Positions 1-10,807 of a DNA stretch of 64,000 nt are shown one piece after another. Made by a program: the position numbers and the translations under genes. The stretch is from Diplonema japonicum. Its lineage: Eukaryota > Protista > Euglenozoa: Diplonemea. Below the pieces are notes generated by a model. The model was given only the letters and a program-made list of their open reading frames with translations, searched no databases and was not told where the DNA came from. Every line of letters begins with the position of its first letter. Position 1 is the stretch's first letter. The stretch is from the NCBI GenBank assembly GCA_964019335.1, contig OZ025686.1:496001-560000 (forward strand). Reading direction: 5' to 3'.

Positions 1-339
1 GAGGTACGAGCAGTACCCGGTCCGAATATCATTTCAGAAGCAGAGACAATGTAAGTCACTAAACATGTCCTTTTTACGTCTGCTTAGATAGGCACATCCC
101 GAGACACCGACAGCATGCAACAATTATTTTCAAAAACTGGATTTACTTGTTAGCAATATAAAAAAGAGGGGTTTTAAAAAAAAGGAGAAAAAAAGAGAGT
201 AAAAAAAAGGGGGGAAGTAATAAAAAAAATAAAGAAAAATAGACCCCCACCTACCTTGCACGTGCCAGCTACCATTTAAAGTAGACCGGTGCAAGACAGG
301 CTTCGCGGTGTCTTATACGGTGGTGTTGGTGCTGAGCGC

Positions 340-621
340 TTACTGCTTGCTGAACGCATCTTTCCTGACCATCCACTGGCCGTCGCTGGAATCGAGCTTC
401 ATGGTGAAGGTGCCAGAGAACTTGGGACCACCACCAGCAATGTTGCCCTTCACCTCCAGCTTCCACAAGTCAGAGCCACCGTCCTGGGTGGCGCTGATGT
501 TGTCGTACCCGATGGTCTTCTTGTCAGTCACGTCGTGGCCCAGTTCCTGCTTGCCGTACTTGACCAGCCAGTTGTCAAGGGCGTTGGTCATCTCCTCCTG
601 GCGCTTAGCTTTGTCAGACAT
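340..621 (-). CDS. Small (93 aa) protein, possibly NTF2-like
   Basis: ATG at 621 in AAAATG context and host-like GC3-rich codons. C-terminal KFSGTFTM...GQWMVRKDAF resembles the NTF2 F-S-Q-x-F...W/Y-x-V-x-N-D-x-F ending. Confidence 0.55.
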   Translation of the reverse strand: MSDKAKRQEEMTNALDNWLVKYGKQELGHDVTDKKTIGYDNISATQDGGSDLWKLEVKGNIAGGGPKFSGTFTMKLDSSDGQWMVRKDAFSKQ

Positions 622-876
622 TTTAAGTGTGTTAAGAACGAGTTGTCTGTGTAGATGATTCGTGTGTTGGATGAATGAAATAAAAAATAAGAAAGCTGAA
701 TATACGTCCATCCGCAGGATAGATGCAGCAAAGTATAAGATTCATCTGCAATTTCTGAACGTCCCGTGGGTTAGCAAGATGGACGCAGATACAACTGCAA
801 ACTACAGATGCGAAGAAGAAGGAGAAGAAACAACATGTCATCTCTAAGTGTATAGGACCGACATACATCAGTTCAC

Positions 877-1623
877 CTATTTGCTGAAACGGTCCAATCG
901 TATTTTCTTTTTTGGGAAAGTTTCCTTCTTGGTGTCTTCAGTTTGGATTTTATTGCTGGTGTCAGATATCTCTTTTCCAGGCAGCTTGTGAGTGCATTCT
1001 AAGAAGTGGTTCTGAAGCTCACGGGTGGTATTGCAGCACTGGCCACAGCCGACCCTGTTGCATGTAGGAGACACATTTATCATTGCCTCAAGGTGCGACA
1101 TTTTGTAGACAGGAATGACCACACAGCCTGTATCCAGCAGCTCCTGGCACACATTTTCTGTTGTTCGTAAATAAGGTGTGGTGAATGTATTGTAATGCCG
1201 GACATTCCTGTGATACTTCATCATGTCTGTGCTGAAGACATGCAAGTGCATCTGTTTCATTGAAGGTACTGCATGGTACCCTGACATAAACTTCAGCTCA
1301 CCACACACTGGATATTTATGTTGCTCTGTAAGGACCAGATGTCTGTTTGCCTCAAGCCATTCCCAAGCCGTGGCTTCCATTTTTCGTAGCAGTGGGATAT
1401 CATCACAAGTTAGCCTGTCAATGGCTACCAGTCTGCTATCTCGAGGCAGTACAAGGAGATGCACCTGGCTTTTGGGGAACTTATCTTTCATTATTACAAG
1501 CTCATCAGTGACATGCAGCACCCCTTCACCTGTTCCAGACATTGCTACTTTGTACAGGGCATCTCTCCAGCAGTCTGTGAACTGTAGCAAAGGGGCTTCT
1601 GCCATTTTGAAGGCTTCTGCCAT
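877..1623 (-). CDS. APTX: Aprataxin-like HIT hydrolase with C-terminal zinc finger
   Basis: DKFPKSQVHLLVLP and GYHAVPSMKQMHLHVFS match aprataxin HIT motifs. Cys/His finger CNRVGC...HFLEC and basic tail PKKKIRL. Confidence 0.8.
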   Translation of the reverse strand: MAEAFKMAEAPLLQFTDCWRDALYKVAMSGTGEGVLHVTDELVIMKDKFPKSQVHLLVLPRDSRLVAIDRLTCDDIPLLRKMEATAWEWLEANRHLVLTEQHKYPVCGELKFMSGYHAVPSMKQMHLHVFSTDMMKYHRNVRHYNTFTTPYLRTTENVCQELLDTGCVVIPVYKMSHLEAMINVSPTCNRVGCGQCCNTTRELQNHFLECTHKLPGKEISDTSNKIQTEDTKKETFPKKKIRLDRFSK

Positions 1624-1827
1624 TTTACTTTTTCCTGAAGGTTGATAGATAAAAGTAGCTGGGGAGAAGGGTAGGTTTTAATGAGAAGAGTAACAGAAGA
1701 AGCCCAAAGAGCAGTAGTAAAAAAGTGAATTCACAAAGGGGAAAAGAGGGGAAGAAGCAGAGAAAGAAACATACAAGCATAGACACATGGGATAAAAAAA
1801 AATCGATTAGGTAACCACAGCTGGGAG

Positions 1828-1866
1828 CAGTGATGGGTGAATCCTAATTAGGACTAGACCGGACTT
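1828..1866 (+). mobile_element. Orphan hAT-like terminal inverted repeat end (CAGTGATGGGTGAATCCTAATTAGGACTAG)
   Basis: Near-exact reverse complement of ~6930-6967; its first 17 bp recur at 5156. CAG termini are typical of hAT elements. No TSD found. Confidence 0.5.
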
Positions 1867-1892
1867 CTAAGAAAAAAGAAGGGAAAAAAAAA

Positions 1893-2196
1893 TATATGAG
1901 TTAAAGGAGGCCGGTGTTGGCGGCGCCCTGCACAAGAACTGTCTACTTGATTACAGGGGGCGCGCCACGGCCGAGTTGTAGCTTCTTCTGCGTTCCGCGT
2001 CGTGTCCTAAATGCGTGCGGTGTACAGCTCAACCCCAGCCAGGGCGTCCCAGGTAACCAAGATTCTGCGCTCGTGCAGTTTGCTGCCTGTTCGTCACCCT
2101 GAGCATCTGCGTTACGTTCTTCCACTCGGGTGCTACCGGTGATGACCAATGAGGAGGTCAACAGCGAACAACACATCTGATGTTTTTCTTATATAT
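1893..2196 (+). repeat. Best-preserved copy of a ~300-bp interspersed repeat (called R300 here)
   Basis: ATATATGAGTTAAAGGAGGCCGG...GAACAACACATCTGATG recurs at about 3780, 4850(-), 5522, 5800, 5981, 6206, 8055, 8207, 8797(-) and 9615(-). Confidence 0.9.
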
Positions 2197-3779
2197 GGGT
2201 CGATTTCAAAAAACCCCCCCCAAAATGAGGCCAATTGACACTTTCGTTGCATCTTTGGGCATGCCGCCCCTTTTAAAAAAAATTCTCCATATTTCCCGGC
2301 CCATATTAGGAAAGAACCCGGGTCAGAAATCGCTCAAGGGTGCTATTTTGACCTATGAAAAATTCAGTCTTAGGGTAAAAATCGGGTTTTAGTGGTTTTG
2401 GTAAAGTCAGAGAGTATGCTTTCAATAGCAAGAAATAGCGGAACTCACTGCTAGAAGGTGGCTGAAATGATGTTGGAAGTGGAAACCTTCATTTCCTAGT
2501 CTTCTGCGGCTGAGATGTGCTGCTGCTGAGTGGGCGACCTCGTTTCTTTTTCATACTATTAGGCCTTCTACCGCATTTTGGGGGGTTTTAAGAGGCTCAT
2601 TCGTAGGTGTACTTGGTGCTTTGGGCTTGTCATGGGGTGTCGAGTATTTTTGTAATTTGGTTACTATTCTTTCTCGTTTTTCAAGTCAGGGAAGGCTATC
2701 AGGAACGTCCTCATACTCATCACAAGATTCATAGACTGGGGGCCTTTTCTCTGCCCTGTCTGCAGCGAGTTCTTTGATGATGTACTTTAGTTCTTTCTAG
2801 CTCATGGACGCACACGTAGCAAGTACACCCTCCGGTGTGCTCCTGAGCTCATATGCACCTGTAAAATCCGGAAACTCAAGAATTTTCTTTTTGTACGGGC
2901 CAAAGACATCAGTAACTACATGCACAGTGCACCATATCATATTGGTGATGTTAGCTATTTGTTCCACAGTTTTAATTGTTGTGGAACGAGGCACCCAAAA
3001 CCAAACACGAGAGAGCACACCAAAGTGGCTGTCCCTGTTGTTTTTGCCGTGTTTCTCCCCCAGAAACCACAGGGAAAACGTCCGATCGGGATATACATAA
3101 CGAAGACCAAAAAGAACAAAGTAGCAAAATTCCTTTGCACGAAAGTGATGCCCACCGTCAGTCCAGAGTATCCACTCCATTTTTTTCTTTATTTTTTTCT
3201 GTGCCCATGCTACTGTGGAACAAGACTTTTCCAACAGTAAGGCCAGCTGCCCTTATTTCATCATGTGTGATGTGGTCAAGCCTCATGCCTCTGACCAATT
3301 GGCGCCGTGTGGTGTCTTGTTGGCTACTAAACCAACCAGAAAATGATAGCAGAAGTGCCACTAGAAGTTCCCCTTTACACACTACGCCACAAACTAGTGC
3401 AGCACAGTCGTTGCCACTGAGCTTCTCAAAAACCTCTGTGGTGAGTGTCCTGATTGCTGTGGTGTTCCCATTTACCTTTCTCGGTCCGAATACCATTTTT
3501 TTTTACCCCTAGCTTCTCAACAGCAAGTTTAAAAGCATCCATTTTTGTCACTCCCTCTTTTACTGAATTTGTGCAAAGTGAAAAAACCCATTTTTGCCCC
3601 TAGGACTGAATTTTCTGGGTACTAGTAACACTCACTTTCCCATTTTCTGGGGTGTTTTCTTTCCTAACCTGGGCCGGGAAAGTTGTAGAATTTTTTTTCT
3701 TTGGGAAAAAGTACTTAGAGAAATATTGAAAGTGTCAATTGGCCTCATTTTGGGGGGGGGGGGGTTTTGAAACGATGCC
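2197..3779 (-). mobile_element. Defective cut-and-paste DNA transposon, Sola2-like
   Basis: Terminal inverted repeats GG..TCG(A)TTTCAAAA(C)nAAAATGAGGCCAATTGACACTTTC, extending imperfectly for ~200 bp. ATAT on both flanks (2193-2196, 3780-3783). Internal transposase remnant. Confidence 0.75.
2797..3496 (-). pseudogene. Frameshifted, truncated DDE transposase fragment
   Basis: WTDGGHHFR...FLGEKHGKNNRDSHFG resembles the Sola2-type (S/T)DG...F...HGK...D core. Split over two frames (3158-3496 and 2797-3234) and lies inside the TIRs. Confidence 0.65.
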
Positions 3780-3825
3780 ATATATATGAGTTAAAGGAGG
3801 CCGGTGTTGGCAGTGCCCTGCTTTA

Positions 3826-3870
3826 GTGACGAGAGTGGGGTTTGAACCCACGCCTCTGAAGAGATTGCGG
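3826..3870 (-). pseudogene. 3' half of a long-variable-arm tRNA (Leu-like) embedded in an R300 copy
   Basis: Minus strand reads CCGCAATCTCTTCAGAGGCGTGGGTTCAAACCCCACTCTCGTCA: variable arm, T arm (GTTCAAA) and acceptor 3' strand. The 5' half is absent. Confidence 0.7.
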
Positions 3871-4039
3871 TTCTTATATTTTCATGTTATCCCCACCACC
3901 TTAGAAAAAAAAGGTAAACACATCATGTATGTCAAAAAAAATCAAAGATTTTTTTCTCTTTTTTTTTCCCCCATTTTTTTTTTTTCTCCAAAGGGGAAAA
4001 AAAAAAAAAAAAAAGTTGCAAAACTATCAAAAATAATGA

Positions 4040-4377
4040 CAGTGTTGGGGAGAGTCCCATGAGTCCCATTGAGCAGTGTTGGTCCAGACCCTTGAGGGAC
4101 TCAGGGGACTCCAAGGGACAGGACAGGAGTCCCCTGAAATTTTCAGGGGTCTGGAGGGGACTCAGGGGACTGGAGGGACTCAAGGGACTCAGGGGTCTGG
4201 AGGGGACTCAGGGGACTCTTGGGACCAAAAAATATCTTTGTGTTTTTGTCACAAAGGCCCAAATTTAGGCTGGGGCTTGCATTTTTTTGGTACTTTTGGT
4301 TTCAAAGGTTCAAAAAAAGAGGTCCTAGGTTTGGGTGGGATGTGAGGCAAGGCTCATACTACCTTGTTGTGACTATG

Positions 4378-4416
<39 letters not shown>

Positions 4417-4508
4417 AAATAAAAAAAATGTCAGGGGGTTTGGAGACCTATGTGTTGGCCAGACTGTTGGGGTCTGAGGGGTCTGGCCCACAAACCACTC
4501 CAACACTG
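4040..4508. mobile_element. Non-autonomous hAT-like remnant with GGGACTC/GGGGTCTG subterminal minisatellite
   Basis: CAGTGTTGG at 4040 and CCAACACTG ending at 4508. Tandem GGGACTC motifs at ~4090-4225. No TSD seen. Confidence 0.45.
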
Positions 4509-4847
4509 CAAATTTTCGACCACACCATGTGGTGTGTTGTGGCATATTTTACACCATATTTTGCATACCTGATGTTCCACATGATGTATGCAACACAGGG
4601 TGCACAACATGGCACATGTTTTATAACATGTACCACTATGCTGCACAGGGAAAAGCAGGTGTCACAATATACTGAAAAAAGAAAAAAATAATTCTTTATG
4701 ACTATATGTCTTTGTTGTTCACACAAGCAAAAAAGATTTTTAAAAAGCTGCAAAAGTTTTTTGCTCAGCACAAGTTGCATAAAGTTATAAAATCATTATT
4801 TGAAAGATAAATGTTTGTAACAAAGAAAAAGAGAAAAAAAACTTTTA

Positions 4848-6545
4848 CATATAAGAAAAACATCAGATGTGTTGTTCACTGTTGACCTCCTCATCTGTCA
4901 TCACTGAGCAAACTGCATGAGCACAGAATCTTGGTTACCTGGGGTGCTCTGGCTGGGGTTGAGCTGAACACCACACACATTAAGGACACAACACAGAATG
5001 CAGAAGAAGCTACAACCCAGCCATCCAGCCATTGTGATTAAGGAAATGACATGGAACACAAAAAGCTACAACTCAGCCATGGTGATTAAGGACACAATGC
5101 AGAACACAGAAGAAGCTACAACCCAGCCATGGTGGTTAAGGAAATGCAGAATGCACAGTGATGGGTGAATCCAGTCCAGTCCAGTGTACCCAATTTACCA
5201 GACTGACCAGACTGACTGGATTGGCCAGACTGACCAGACTGACTGGACTCGAAAATTTTCTGCAATTTTTGACACACCTGCAAACACTTTTTTTTTCAAA
5301 TATTTTTGGACAATGATTTTTTTTTTCCTTTTTTTTTTTTCTTCTTCTTCTTCTTTATACCACAGACATGCACAGCTCCATCAAGCAATTTGCACCTATC
5401 TACTCCAGTGCACTGCAGCTGCAGGTATGTACATATGTCTGGAAATGTTGTATTTGGATGTAACCCAGCTGTGGTGATCGACATGGAATGCAGAAGAAGC
5501 TACAACCTGGCCATGGTGAGAGATATATGAGTTAAAGGACCTGCACAAGACTACTTGATTACAGGAGGTACACCACAGCTTCTTCTGTGTTCCAGTGTGT
5601 TCTGTGTTGTGTCCTTAATGTGTGTGGTGTTCAGCTCAACACCAGAGCATCTGCAATACATTCCTCCACTTGGGCACTACCAGTGATGACTGATGTGGAG
5701 GTCAACAGTGAACAACACATCTGATGTACTTCTTATATTTCCATATTTCTGTAATCCCCACCACCAAATAACATGAAAGAGGTAAAGGAGACCAGTGACA
5801 GGGGGTGCACCTTGGCCGCTTCTGTGTTCCACATTGTGTCCTTAATGCATGTGGTGTGCAGCTCAACCCTAGCTGGTGCCCTAAGTAGTTTACTCACCCT
5901 GAGCATCTGCAATTTGTTCTTCCACTCAGGGTGCTACAGGTGATGACTGGCCAAGTGGATGGAGGAAATGCCTGTTCGTCATGTTGGTGGTGCCTGCACA
6001 AGAACTGTTAACTTGATACAGGGGGGGCACTCTGTAGCAACCTGGGGTAACCAAGATTCTGCACTCATGCAGTTTGCTGCCAATTCATCACCCTGAGCAT
6101 CTGCATTATGTTCTCCACTTGCACTACTGGTGATGACCAACATGGAGGTCAACAGTGAACAACACATCTGATGTTTTTTCATGCTATCCCCACCACCTTT
6201 GGAATGATATACAAGAGTTAAAGGAGGCTGGTGTTGGCAGTGCCCTGCACAAGAACTGTCTACTTGATTACAGGGGGTGCACCACAGCCGGGTTGTAGCT
6301 TCTTCTGTGTTCTGCATTGTTTCCTTAATCACTGCAGCCGAGTTGTAGCTTCTTCTGTGCTCTGTGTTGTGTCCTTAATGTGTGTGGGGTTCAGCTCAAC
6401 CCCAGCCAGGGTGCCCTGGGATTCTGCACTTGTGTGGTTTGCTCAGTGATGACAGATGAGGAGGTCAACAGCAAACAACACATCTGATGTTTTTCTTATA
6501 TTTTCATGTTATCCCCACCACCTGAAAAAGAAGATAAAGGTTTTT
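4848..6545. repeat. Cluster of degenerate R300 copies in both orientations with an internally duplicated ~50-bp subunit
   Basis: Repeated GTTGTAGCTTCTTCTG / CAGAAGAAGCTACAAC and AACAACACATCTGATG blocks. Confidence 0.85.
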
Positions 6546-6967
6546 TTTTTTTACCAACTCGGTTGAGGGTTTTATACCTAAGGTACCAAGGAGGGTGAAT
6601 GAGGGGCTGAAGGCCACACCACAGCAGAAAGGTTTGATCATGAGATAGATTGAGACTCTTCAGGCATCCTGCCACATACCGCAGGTACCCTTAAATGTCT
6701 CTTTTCTTTTTTTTCTTCATTTCTTGTTGTTTTTATTGTTGTTGTTGTCTCTCAGTACCTGTGTAACATCTTGTAGACATCTGTTTATATGTTTGAACTC
6801 TGCAGCAAAAAAAAGGGGGGATGTGGTGTTGTGGTTGTATCTTGTATGGTCTGGTTCAGTCTGGTCTGGTCCAGTCCAGTCTGGTCAGTCTGGTCAGTCC
6901 AGCATAATTGGGTCGAAATTCACAGATCCAGTCCAGTCTAGTCCTAATTAGGATTCACCCATCACTG
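5156..6967. mobile_element. hAT-like non-autonomous element enclosing nested repeats
   Basis: 17-bp TIR CAGTGATGGGTGAATCC (5156) / GGATTCACCCATCACTG (6951-6967). Mirrored subterminal GACTGACCA arrays at ~5198-5250 and ~6849-6900. The 8-bp flanks do not match. Confidence 0.55.
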
Positions 6968-7740
6968 ACACAGGTTGTATAAACATACACACCCTCCTCT
7001 TGTACATATTATTTATTATTTCCCCCCATTACATCCAAATACAACATTTGATGTGGAAAGCAGAAACAACAGCTTGGCTTAGGTGTGTGAAAAAATGCAA
7101 GAAGACAAGAAAAAAAGAAGGGGAAAAAAAAAAGGTAAACACATCATGTATATCAAAAAAAATCAAGGATTTTTTTCTCTTTTTTTTTCCCTCATTTTTT
7201 TTTTTTTTTTTTCCCAAAGGGATTGGGATTAAAATATCTTGCCAGGACAGAGCCTAGCATAGTTAACACTTAGGAAAACACAAGAGTCAACATTAGACCC
7301 CTTCAGCCTTCCTCTCTGCTTTGTAAGAGTTGCAGAAAGGTGTTTAAAATGCCTCTCTACCTCTGCTTCTGACTGCATTGTTCTCTCAGGTACTTTGCAA
7401 AGTCAGATAAAAGGTCAAAGAACTTGCTTGACCAGAACTCTTCATTGGAATAAGCTGTTACCCCCAACCCTTGGATAAAGCTCTGCAAATTCTTGTCAAT
7501 TGTCTTTGCAGATACTCCACCATACTTACCTCTTGCACTAAAAGAGAGTAGGTACCCCCTCAGCTCTGCTGAAACAGTTTAACCTCCCTCATACTATGTT
7601 TTTTCTTTTTTTTTTTCTTTTTTTCCTTCTGGGGGTGGGGTTGTTAGTAAAATATGTTTAATATTGGGGTATTGTTAAATAAGGTTGCTGCTCACTGTTT
7701 CTTTTCTCTTTTTTTCTTTGTTCCTTTTTTTTTTCTCTTC

Positions 7741-7860
7741 ATGGCACCCTTCCACTGGCCAGGGAGTGGAACATGCAGTTCCCATCCTTCTCCATCAATC
7801 TCCTCATCAGCTTGAAGGTCTTCATGATCTCATCCACTGACTTGCCAGCCCTGGGTCATT
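7741..7860 (-). pseudogene. OTU-like cysteine protease fragment
   Basis: Minus strand translates VDEIMKTFKLMRRLMEKDGNCMFHSLASG, matching the OTU catalytic motif DGNCxF(R/H)SL. Isolated fragment. Confidence 0.55.
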
Positions 7861-8054
7861 TTGTTCCCTTCTACCAAACTGAAAAGTCGGAACTTGGTGG
7901 AATGGTGGAACTGGAACTTGGCAGACAGGGAATTTAAAACCTAACCTATTTTTTTTTGTTTCTTTTCCCCCCCCCCTTTTTTCTTCCTCTTTGCATCATC
8001 AAGGTTGAAAGTGGTGACTATATCACCACAACACTGACAGCACAATATTCCATG

Positions 8055-8990
8055 TCATGTCCTTAATGTGTGCAGTTCATCACCCTGAGCATCTGCAATA
8101 CATTCCTCCACTTGGGCACTACCAGTGATGACCAATGTGGAGGTCAACAGTGAACAACACATCTGATGTACTTCTTATATTTCCATGTTATCCCCACCAC
8201 CTGAATGATATATATGAGTTAAAAGAGGCTGGTGTTGGTGGTGCCCTGCACAAGAACTGTCTACTTGATTACAGGGGGAACTGCAGCTGGGTTGTAGCTT
8301 CTTCTGCATTCTGCATCGTGTCCTTAATCACCATGGCCAAGTTGTAGCTTCTTCTGTGTTCTGTGTCGTGTCCTTAATGTGTGTGGTGTTCAGCTCACCC
8401 TAGCCGGGGTGCCCCAGGTAACCAAGATTCTGCACTTGTGTGGTTTACTTGGTGATGACAGATGAGGAGGTCAACAGCAAACAACACATCTGATGTTTTT
8501 CTTATATTTTCATGTTATCCCCACCACCTGAAAAAGAAGATAAAGGTTTTTTTTTTCTTCATTTCTCATTGTTGTTGTTGTTTCTGCAGCAAAAAAAAAG
8601 GGGGGATGTGGTGTTGTGGTTGTATCTTGTCCACTGGTTCAGTCCAGTTCAGTCTGGTCAGTCTGGCATAATTGGGTCGAAATTCATTCACACAAGTGGA
8701 CCAGGCCCCCTGATGGCCTTACCTAAAAAAAATTCCCAGATGGAAAAACTCCTGGATGGAAAAATTCCTGGATATCTGGGAGTTTTTCATTTTACAACTG
8801 CATGAGTGCAGACTCTTGGTTACCTGGGGCACCCTGGCTGGGGTTAAGCTGCACACTGCACACATTAAGAACACAACACAGAACACAGAAGAAGCTACAA
8901 CTCAGCTGCAGTGCCCCCCCTGTATCAAGTTAACAGTTCTTGTGCAGGTACTGCCAACATGATGAACAGGCATTTCCTCCATCCACTTGG
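8055..8990. repeat. Further R300 copies; 8207-8690 duplicates parts of 6206-6920
   Basis: Shared R300 sequence plus a shared CTGCAGCAAAAAAAAGGGGGATGTGGTGTTGTGGTTGTATCTTGT block. Confidence 0.85.
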
Positions 8991-9597
8991 CTGGGAAATC
9001 TGCACCCTGCACACCCCACAGCCCTTCTGGGGAGGGGAGGGGTCATACCCAACACTGCCAGAGAAACGAAAAAAAAGAAGAAACATATTAAAGGCCCCCT
9101 GAATAATCTGGGGTGTTTGGGCTATTATTCAAATGCAATATGGGTCAAAACTGATAAATAAGCTTGTGTGCCTAGCAGAAGGAGTTATTCTGCATGGGGT
9201 TTTCATTTACCTTTGCAAAAAGACAAGTTTTTACCAAATCCACCCCCCCCCCCCCCTCTCTCTCTCCCCCCCCCTGTCTAAAGAAGAAAAAATGTAACCC
9301 AAAGAAGGGAGATACAGAGGGCCATAAAGAGGGAAGCTTCCATTTCTATCACCATCCCTCACAGTCTTCCACTCATGTTACATTTCTTCAAAATGCTCTT
9401 TTCTTTCATTCACTTGCCATTGACTCATGGCTGGTTAAAGCAGCCTTTTATTGTGTAGTCAGTTAGCAATCTGATTTCTTACCTCAACCCCATGTAATGT
9501 TTCTCATCAGGATACCCTGTCTCACCATGACAAACAGCCACCCCAGGCACCAGACAGCAATGCAGAACAGTACCTGATTTGTGTGAATTTAATCTTG

Positions 9598-9950
9598 TCG
9601 AGTTTTTTCTTTTTTTTCAGGTGGTGGGGATAACATGGAAATATAAAGAAGTACATCAGATGTGTTGTTCGCTGTTGACCTCCCTCAGTCATCACCGGTA
9701 GCGCCCAAGTGGGAGAAGCAGATGCTCTGGGTGGTGAACAGGCAGCAAACTACATGGGCTCAGAATCTTGGTTACCCGGGGTGCCCCGGCTGGGGTTGAG
9801 CTGCACACCACACGCATTAAGGCACGACGCAGAACGCAGAAGAAGCTACAGCTAGGCCGAGGTGCGCCCCCTGTAATCAAGTAAGTGGTGCTTGTGCAGG
9901 GTGCCCCCACCGGCTTCCTTTAAATCATCGAGTTTTTTTTCTCTTCAGGT
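9598..9950 (-). repeat. Divergent R300 copy flanked by ~23-25 bp imperfect direct repeats
   Basis: TCGAGTTTTTT(Y)nTTCAGGT at 9598 and again at 9928. Confidence 0.75.
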
Positions 9951-10807
9951 CTTCGGGGTGTGGAACTTTACACGGCCTGCGTTTGTTCCTTTTCCTGCAC
10001 TTTTCCCTACCTTCTTTCTCCCTCCCCTCCCCTTTTTCTCCCACCCCTCTCAGTGGACGCGATCGCAAGAGCCGCACACTGCTAGCATCAACGATAAAAC
10101 CGTGGAATTTCCAACTGTTGTTCACGTTGATACGCTGTTATTACACTGTTATTGTCTCTATACACCACATAAGCAGCACTTCGATTGAGCTGTGTCATGA
10201 ACACCTCCACCTTGAGGAGATTAACGAGTCGATGACCTCCCCTGACCCGTTCCGATTAAACACTCCACTGTGTATCTTCCCATTGGTTTCAGAGAAGGTG
10301 TTATAGAGACTCTCAGCTTGGACGGTGGAGGTTCCTTCGTCTAACATACCTGACTGCAACCGTGTCCATACCTCTCCTAATGTCTTGGTCACCTTGTAAG
10401 ATAAAGAGAGGTTGATCCTTGACTTGCTGACTGGGTCGAAAAGATCTTTGAAAAACTTACTCACTCCCCCTTCTGGATCCTTCAGTATCTCACCCATCCC
10501 TGTGTATTGCTCATGGTAACTGGCTTCCGATGAGATTATTGTCAGGAATTTTTCTCTGTGGTGTATGTAAATGTCACCTCTGCGTCTTCCTTAACCTCGT
10601 TGACAAGTTCAGGTGCAGGCGTGGTTTGGGTTCTAAGCTCCTTCACTTCTTAGTAAGTGTTTGCGACCTCTTTGTACACGCGGTCCATTGCTTTGCAAGG
10701 AACTTCTTCTCCTCCTTGAGACTCTTCACTTCTTCTTTCACCTTCTTAAGCTCCTTGAGGGTGTTCTGGAACACTCCTACATTGCTAATTATTGTATCTA
10801 ATTTCAT
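9950..10807 (-). pseudogene. Multiply frameshifted ORF of mobile-element or viral character
   Basis: ATG at 10807 after an AT-rich TATATAAAG leader, coiled-coil start, and protein-like fragments in changing frames (ORF-track pieces 10643-10843, 10195-10497, 9925-10125). Confidence 0.45.

Noticed and set aside
3826-3870. Functional tRNA gene
   Set aside because: No D arm or 5' acceptor strand; the anticodon cannot be read.
4848-5250. CRISPR-like repeat-spacer pattern
   Set aside because: Degenerate tandem subunits of transposon repeats with no unique spacers, in eukaryotic DNA.
1828-6967. One 5.1-kb composite transposon bounded by ~38-bp inverted repeats
   Set aside because: The flanks share no target-site duplication; more simply, two copies of the same end in opposite orientation.
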